This document shows positions 59,613 to 64,000 of a stretch of DNA of 64,000 nt, piece after piece. Below the pieces are notes generated by a model. The model searched no databases and was not told the origin of the DNA. It saw only the letters and a list, made by a program, of their open reading frames with translations. The stretch is from positions 3,072,001 to 3,136,000 of the forward strand of contig OY969696.1 of the NCBI GenBank assembly GCA_963702005.1, given 5' to 3'. Within the stretch, counting starts at the first letter, position 1, and every line of letters begins with the position of its first letter. The position numbers were made by a program, and so were the translations under genes. The DNA comes from Candidatus Aminicenantes bacterium (GTDB taxonomy: Bacteria; Acidobacteriota; Aminicenantia; Aminicenantales; JAFGBC01).

Positions 59613-60052
59613 AGGGCGAGATCGAGAAAATCTGGAAGAATGCGACAGCCGATGGTAGAAAATACAACGTCTTGCAGATAGGCGGCGTGCGCTATTCGCT
59701 TTGGGAAGGCGACTACCTGGACAAGCTGAGCGAAGGCCAGACGCTCGAATTCGACTTCCGCGAGAGCGGCGACTTCAGGAACATCAGCAAAATCTACGAC
59801 CCGGCGGGGGCCAAGAAACCGAGCGAGAACGACGCCCTGCCGCCGGAGCCTCCAGCAAACGACAATCAACAGGGCCAGAAGGCGCGCCAAATCGTGAGGA
59901 TGAGCAGCCTGCGTTCGGCCAGCCAGATCCTGAACGGGTCGAGAATCCCTGCCGGCGAGCGCGCCGAGAAGACGATAGAAATCGCGAAGAAGTTCGAGAA
60001 GTACATCGGCGACGAGGGCTTGGCGGACCTCGAAGATGAAAACAAGCCATAG
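59609..60052 (+). CDS. OB-fold-like protein (possible ssDNA binder)
   Basis: Beta-rich N-terminus GEIEKIW...YNVLQI...YSLW...FRNISKI; acidic tail. Confidence 0.55.
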   Translation: MKGEIEKIWKNATADGRKYNVLQIGGVRYSLWEGDYLDKLSEGQTLEFDFRESGDFRNISKIYDPAGAKKPSENDALPPEPPANDNQQGQKARQIVRMSSLRSASQILNGSRIPAGERAEKTIEIAKKFEKYIGDEGLADLEDENKP

Positions 60053-60350
60053 GCTTTCGGAATTCGTGAAGTCCCTCGGACGATATGGACGGCCTGAGCC
60101 AGGCGAAGAGCTCTTGACCGAATATGGAAAGGCAAGGGTTTTGCGCGTCGTTCCCTATGAGGAAGTCGTCGAAGAGATGAGGAGAGACCTCGTCGCTAGC
60201 AAGGAAATCGAGCGCTTCGATTTGCGCGCCGAGCATTTCCTCGGAAAGAAGGACAAGTATTTCGAGGCCGAGCTTGCATATCCCGACGGCGAAGTCGAAC
60301 GAATCGACTGGAGCGAATACCTCGCCATGAAAAACAAAGGAAAAGGGTGA
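60036..60350 (+). CDS. Hypothetical protein
   Basis: 104 aa; overlapping operon gene. Confidence 0.65.
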   Translation: MKTSHRLSEFVKSLGRYGRPEPGEELLTEYGKARVLRVVPYEEVVEEMRRDLVASKEIERFDLRAEHFLGKKDKYFEAELAYPDGEVERIDWSEYLAMKNKGKG

Positions 60351-60381
60351 TTTTACGGTCGCACACGAAAAAATCAGGTTA

Positions 60382-60630
60382 GGTGATCAGGAGTTCGCGG
60401 TCAGAACGAAGAAGGTTTATCAAAGAGACCTTACCTCAGACTGTTGGTCCGTCCAGGTTTGGGGCCTCCCCTACTGCTCGGGCTTCGGGAACCCTGAGGC
60501 GATGTGCGAGTTCCTGGCGACCGAGGAATGCGGAGGATACGGCGTCAGACGGAAGATCCTCAGGGGCAAATACCCCCTCCACGGCCTTCCTGACGCATCT
60601 TCGGGGGCCGGACCGTAGGGTGTGGGGAGT
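60382..60630 (+). ncRNA. Candidate structured non-coding RNA or ssDNA element
   Basis: Multiple stems with G-U pairs, CUUCGG motifs and possible pseudoknots (see findings). Confidence 0.5.
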
Positions 60631-60636
60631 AGAACC

Positions 60637-60879
60637 ATGAAAAAGGCCCGCATTTTCGTCCTGGTGAAGAATTTCGGGGGCGTCAACCACGACGCCGAGC
60701 TTTACTCCAGCCTCGCGGAGGCCAAGCGCGGCTTCGCCGAGTATACGGGCTTCGGCTATTCCAGAGAATATTGCGATCCCTGCTCTCCCAAGTACTCGGA
60801 AAAATTCAGCGAGACGAAGCTTTTCGAGCTCGATATGCCGGATTTCCTCAGGCCAAGGCGGACAAAGCAAAAAGGGTGA
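60637..60879 (+). CDS. Hypothetical protein
   Basis: GGGGAG RBS; 80 aa. Confidence 0.6.
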   Translation: MKKARIFVLVKNFGGVNHDAELYSSLAEAKRGFAEYTGFGYSREYCDPCSPKYSEKFSETKLFELDMPDFLRPRRTKQKG

Positions 60880-61400
60880 CTTATCTGGAAGGCGAGTATG
60901 AGAACGGCGGCATAAAGTCGATAAGGCAGAGGAGGCAGCGCAAGGACTCGTATTTCGACGGCTACGAATATCGCGGATACAAGGTCAAGACTAAGCTGGC
61001 CATCGAAGGACGCAGGGAATACAAGCCGCTGAAGCTTTCGAACTCTTCAGACGTTTTCGGCGCTTTCAGGAAGCTTCACGAGGCGGACAAGGAGAAGTTC
61101 TATTCCGTTCTCCTCGACACCAAGAACAAGGTCATAGGGGTTGACATGGTGAGCCAGGGCTCGCTGGAATCAGCTCCGGTCGCTCCCCGAGAAGTTTACA
61201 AGGCCGCACTTCTCGCATCCGCCGCTTCGGTCATATTCATTCATTCCCATCCTTCGGGCGAACCCGAGCCTTCCTCCGCCGACATAGAGCTCACCCGCCA
61301 GCTCAAGCAGGTCGGCCAGCTTATGGGCATCCAGGTGCTCGACCACGTGATCATCGGGCGCGGCAAGTTCTACAGCTTTGCGGACAAGGGGGAATTATGA
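60876..61400 (+). CDS. radC: RadC-family JAB-domain protein
   Basis: EKFYSVLLDTKN, PREVYK.AL, HSHPSGEPEPSSAD, LDHVIIG. Confidence 0.93.
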   Translation: MTYLEGEYENGGIKSIRQRRQRKDSYFDGYEYRGYKVKTKLAIEGRREYKPLKLSNSSDVFGAFRKLHEADKEKFYSVLLDTKNKVIGVDMVSQGSLESAPVAPREVYKAALLASAASVIFIHSHPSGEPEPSSADIELTRQLKQVGQLMGIQVLDHVIIGRGKFYSFADKGEL

Positions 61401-61621
61401 CCGGCGGCCTGCACGAAGTCCGGGTTCGCTTGCCCGGATTTAGGAGATACAAAGGATATTCCGACCTGATTGATACTTACTGCTGCTCGGCTACGTCATG
61501 CTACTATGTCGAGTTTCCCGCGCTCGGATACGAAGGCTACTTCCAGAAGTCGGACGTTGAAGTCAAAGAGGTGAGAATATCGAGTTCAGAAAAAAAGAAT
61601 TGTCGGTTGAAGAAACGATGA
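61397..61621 (+). CDS. Hypothetical protein
   Basis: ATGA overlaps at both ends. Confidence 0.55.
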   Translation: MTGGLHEVRVRLPGFRRYKGYSDLIDTYCCSATSCYYVEFPALGYEGYFQKSDVEVKEVRISSSEKKNCRLKKR

Positions 61622-61902
61622 AGCGCTATCCCAGGCTGACGGCGCATGTCATAGCCGAGTCGCTCGGCTACGCCACTCCATCGTGCGCTGCACGCATTCT
61701 GAAAGACGCGAGGGAGAGGAAGGAGAACTACTGCGAGTGGATCGACGCCTGCTACGGCGGCGACCCGCTTCCTGCGGTAAAGAACGCGATAAGGAACAGG
61801 CACACGCACAGCGGTTTCATGGCCGAATACAAGCTCGCGCTGGCGCTCGTGCGGAAGGCGCTCGAAACAAGCGACGAGCCGGTCTTTGCGAGCTGGTTTT
61901 AA
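61618..61902 (+). CDS. Hypothetical protein
   Basis: ATGA overlap; 94 aa. Confidence 0.6.
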   Translation: MKRYPRLTAHVIAESLGYATPSCAARILKDARERKENYCEWIDACYGGDPLPAVKNAIRNRHTHSGFMAEYKLALALVRKALETSDEPVFASWF

Positions 61903-62078
61903 TGAAGAGAATCAATCTGACTTTCGACGATATCGAACCTCTAGAACGAGCATTAAACAAATACGCTTCCATGGGAAGCGGCCTAGTCTTTTACAAGGGC
62001 GAAGGCTGGGACTGGAGGATGGCCAGGTATGCCCTGGAGGACTTGAAGGCGCGCAGGGATGGAGAAAAGGGACGCTGA
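61902..62078 (+). CDS. Hypothetical protein
   Basis: TAATG overlap; 58 aa. Confidence 0.5.
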   Translation: MKRINLTFDDIEPLERALNKYASMGSGLVFYKGEGWDWRMARYALEDLKARRDGEKGR

Positions 62079-62124
62079 AATTCCCTTCATGGCGAGCCGG
62101 TTTTATAGCGAAAGAGGTGGGAAA

Positions 62125-62415
62125 GTGACAAAATTCGATACGGATGGGAAGCATTTATATATCGACGGCAAGAAGGTCCTGCGCGGCTGGGAGTCGTTCT
62201 CTGGCTGGTACTGGTTCGCTACTGAAAAAGCGAACGAGCAGATGAGCGACCTGGGCGACGGCAAGCCGGTCAAGGACACGATTTATTTCGGCCTGGTCCA
62301 GGGTCTTGAGGAGGAATGGGGCTACTTCTCCCAGGCGGAAATCGAGAGCCTCAGGCCGAAGACGTGGGAAATCCCGAAGAAGAATTTGCCTTATTCGGGA
62401 AGACGTAGCAATTAA
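62125..62415 (+). CDS. DUF2958-like protein
   Basis: GWESFSGWYWFATE...YFGLVQG.EEEWGYFS. Confidence 0.7.
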   Translation: MTKFDTDGKHLYIDGKKVLRGWESFSGWYWFATEKANEQMSDLGDGKPVKDTIYFGLVQGLEEEWGYFSQAEIESLRPKTWEIPKKNLPYSGRRSN

Positions 62416-62499
62416 TGGTTTTGTTCATCTTTTTATGTCCATGTTGAAAACATATCGATTATAAAGTATAAGTTTTACTAGAATATCGGAGGTAGGGTT

Positions 62500-63345
62500 A
62501 TGCCAGATAAAACGAGCCTGAAATTAGATAATCCTGATATTGGGAGGATCCCAGTTGGCAAGATTTCTTTTGAAAAATGGAATGTGAGAACTCTCGACAG
62601 AAATAAAGGTGTAGGGGAACTCGCAGAGAGCATTCTAAAATATGGGCTCCTGCAGCCTATAGTAGTGATTGAAGAAAAAGCCGGGTTCGAGTTAATTATT
62701 GGCCAGCGCAGGCTTCTTGCTTTTAAAGAACTAATCAAACAAGGCCACAGCCAATTTAAAGATATTCCGGCAATAATACTTCACAAAAAAGCAGACGAAG
62801 AAGATCTAAAAATTCTATCCCTATCCGAGAACATCCATAGAGTCGAACTAAATAGAGCGGATATTGTAGAGGTTGTTAGCTTCTTATACAAGAAATACAA
62901 CAAATCAGCAAAAAAGGTATCGCGGCTTCTCGGCAAGAGTGTATCCTACATTTATGAACACCTTAAAATCCAGGATGCACCCACAGAAATCAAGCAAATG
63001 CTGGCATCTAGAGAATTGAGAAAAGAAGACGTCAAAAGACTAATGGAGGTTGCCGCTGACGATAAGAATAAAATGCTCGAATTAGCGAAAGAAATGAAAA
63101 GCCTTACTGCTCCCGAGAAGACAAGGCTTGTTGAAATAGGGAAGAAGAAACCGCAAATTAAGTCGAAAGACCTTATCGAGGAAGTAAGAAAACCGAGAAT
63201 CGAAGAAAAGGTTATTGTCCCCTTGACTCCCGAGCTGCTTTCAGCACTTGATAATGCAGTGAAGGCAATCGGTTTAAGCAGAGAGGAAATCGCCAGAAAA
63301 GCACTAGAGGACTGGCTTGATAATAAAGGATATCTCAAAGGGTAA
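62500..63345 (+). CDS. ParB/Spo0J-family protein with C-terminal RHH-like tail
   Basis: LAESI..YGLLQPIVV, IIGQRR, ENIHR.EL, HTH. Confidence 0.9.
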   Translation: MPDKTSLKLDNPDIGRIPVGKISFEKWNVRTLDRNKGVGELAESILKYGLLQPIVVIEEKAGFELIIGQRRLLAFKELIKQGHSQFKDIPAIILHKKADEEDLKILSLSENIHRVELNRADIVEVVSFLYKKYNKSAKKVSRLLGKSVSYIYEHLKIQDAPTEIKQMLASRELRKEDVKRLMEVAADDKNKMLELAKEMKSLTAPEKTRLVEIGKKKPQIKSKDLIEEVRKPRIEEKVIVPLTPELLSALDNAVKAIGLSREEIARKALEDWLDNKGYLKG

Positions 63346-63347
63346 TA

Positions 63348-64000
63348 ATGGAAATTAAGTCCCTTGCGAAGATTGGAAAAGGAACCAGACGCAAATATAG
63401 AGACCTTGATTTATTAGACGTTTCAGAAGAAATCAAATCACTCTACCTCTCATTAAGATCGTTAAGTAAGGTCGCCGAATTAACCAAACTTTCGCCAGAA
63501 ATGGTTAGAGAGTTCCTGCAAGTGAATAAATTAGACCCTCGCGTAAAGCATCTGATAAAAAAACGGTTCATAAATAGCGTTGATATTGCCTATCGGCTTT
63601 CAAAATTAAAAAAGGATGAACAATACATACTCGCAAAATTGCTAATTAAGAACGACTTCACAAGCAAGGACATCAGAAACATTGTGAATTTTAAAATCGA
63701 CAATCCCCAGATCAGCTTAATAAGAGCGACTGAAAGGGTTATCCAATCGAAAGACAAAAAACTATTCGTTGGCTATTTTGGAATTGAAAAAGATGTTTTT
63801 GATAGCCTTTCGCGGCTCCCGAATAAAAAAAGATCCAATGAAGATATTATTAAATCGTTTTTCCTTGAGATCGTTACAGAGCCCTTTCTGGTCGATTTTG
63901 AGCTTAATGGGAGAGTCGCTATTATTAGAGTCACAAGGGAAGGATTATCTAAACTAAGAATAAGGGCGAGGCTCCTCCGCATTCCTCTTAAGCAAATCGC
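63348..64000 (+). CDS. ParB-HTH-like protein lacking the N-terminal domain (runs off the window)
   Basis: Manual translation MEIKSLAK...SLSKVAELTKLSPEMVREFL...IAYRLSKL is open to the window end. Confidence 0.7.
   Translation, partial: MEIKSLAKIGKGTRRKYRDLDLLDVSEEIKSLYLSLRSLSKVAELTKLSPEMVREFLQVNKLDPRVKHLIKKRFINSVDIAYRLSKLKKDEQYILAKLLIKNDFTSKDIRNIVNFKIDNPQISLIRATERVIQSKDKKLFVGYFGIEKDVFDSLSRLPNKKRSNEDIIKSFFLEIVTEPFLVDFELNGRVAIIRVTREGLSKLRIRARLLRIPLKQI

Larger units (their letters stand above)
19000..64000. mobile_element. Large integrative element, or two tandem/nested related elements; right end outside the window
   Basis: att core, int/xis, two further tyrosine recombinases, two HerA-like ATPases, Cdc6, RadC, ParB, no housekeeping genes. 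Confidence 0.75.

Noticed and set aside
19000-64000. Prophage
   Set aside because: No terminase, portal, capsid, tail or lysis genes recognised.

Overview
Accessory, mobile-element-rich window with two parts. (1) 1-19,000 looks bacterial: secreted Kelch, SBBP and glycoside hydrolase genes, tRNA-Arg(TCG) with a duplicated 5' half, a GH/ROK/SIS sugar cluster, many IS3 remnants, and an AT-rich two-gene cassette (patatin-PLD-like-ParB-like fusion plus a divergent AEP primase-like protein). (2) From a tRNA-Leu(TAA)-like att core at about 19,000 to beyond the right edge lies a >45 kb integrative element, probably two related elements in tandem or nested. It has three tyrosine recombinases, xis, a RemA homologue, two HerA/VirD4-like ATPases each fused to a wHTH/PD-(D/E)XK tail, a radical SAM/Zn-finger operon, an Orc1/Cdc6-like initiator, RadC, ParB, long structured intergenic hairpins and archaeal-style TATA boxes. 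Cargo includes several candidate defence cassettes: kinase+TPR, PRTase+class III cyclase-like, REase, NYN, NERD and Abi_C. The best candidates for undescribed systems are the patatin/AEP pair, the PRTase/cyclase pair and the Cdc6/HerA-nuclease element itself. All domain calls come from motifs read by eye; no searches were run.
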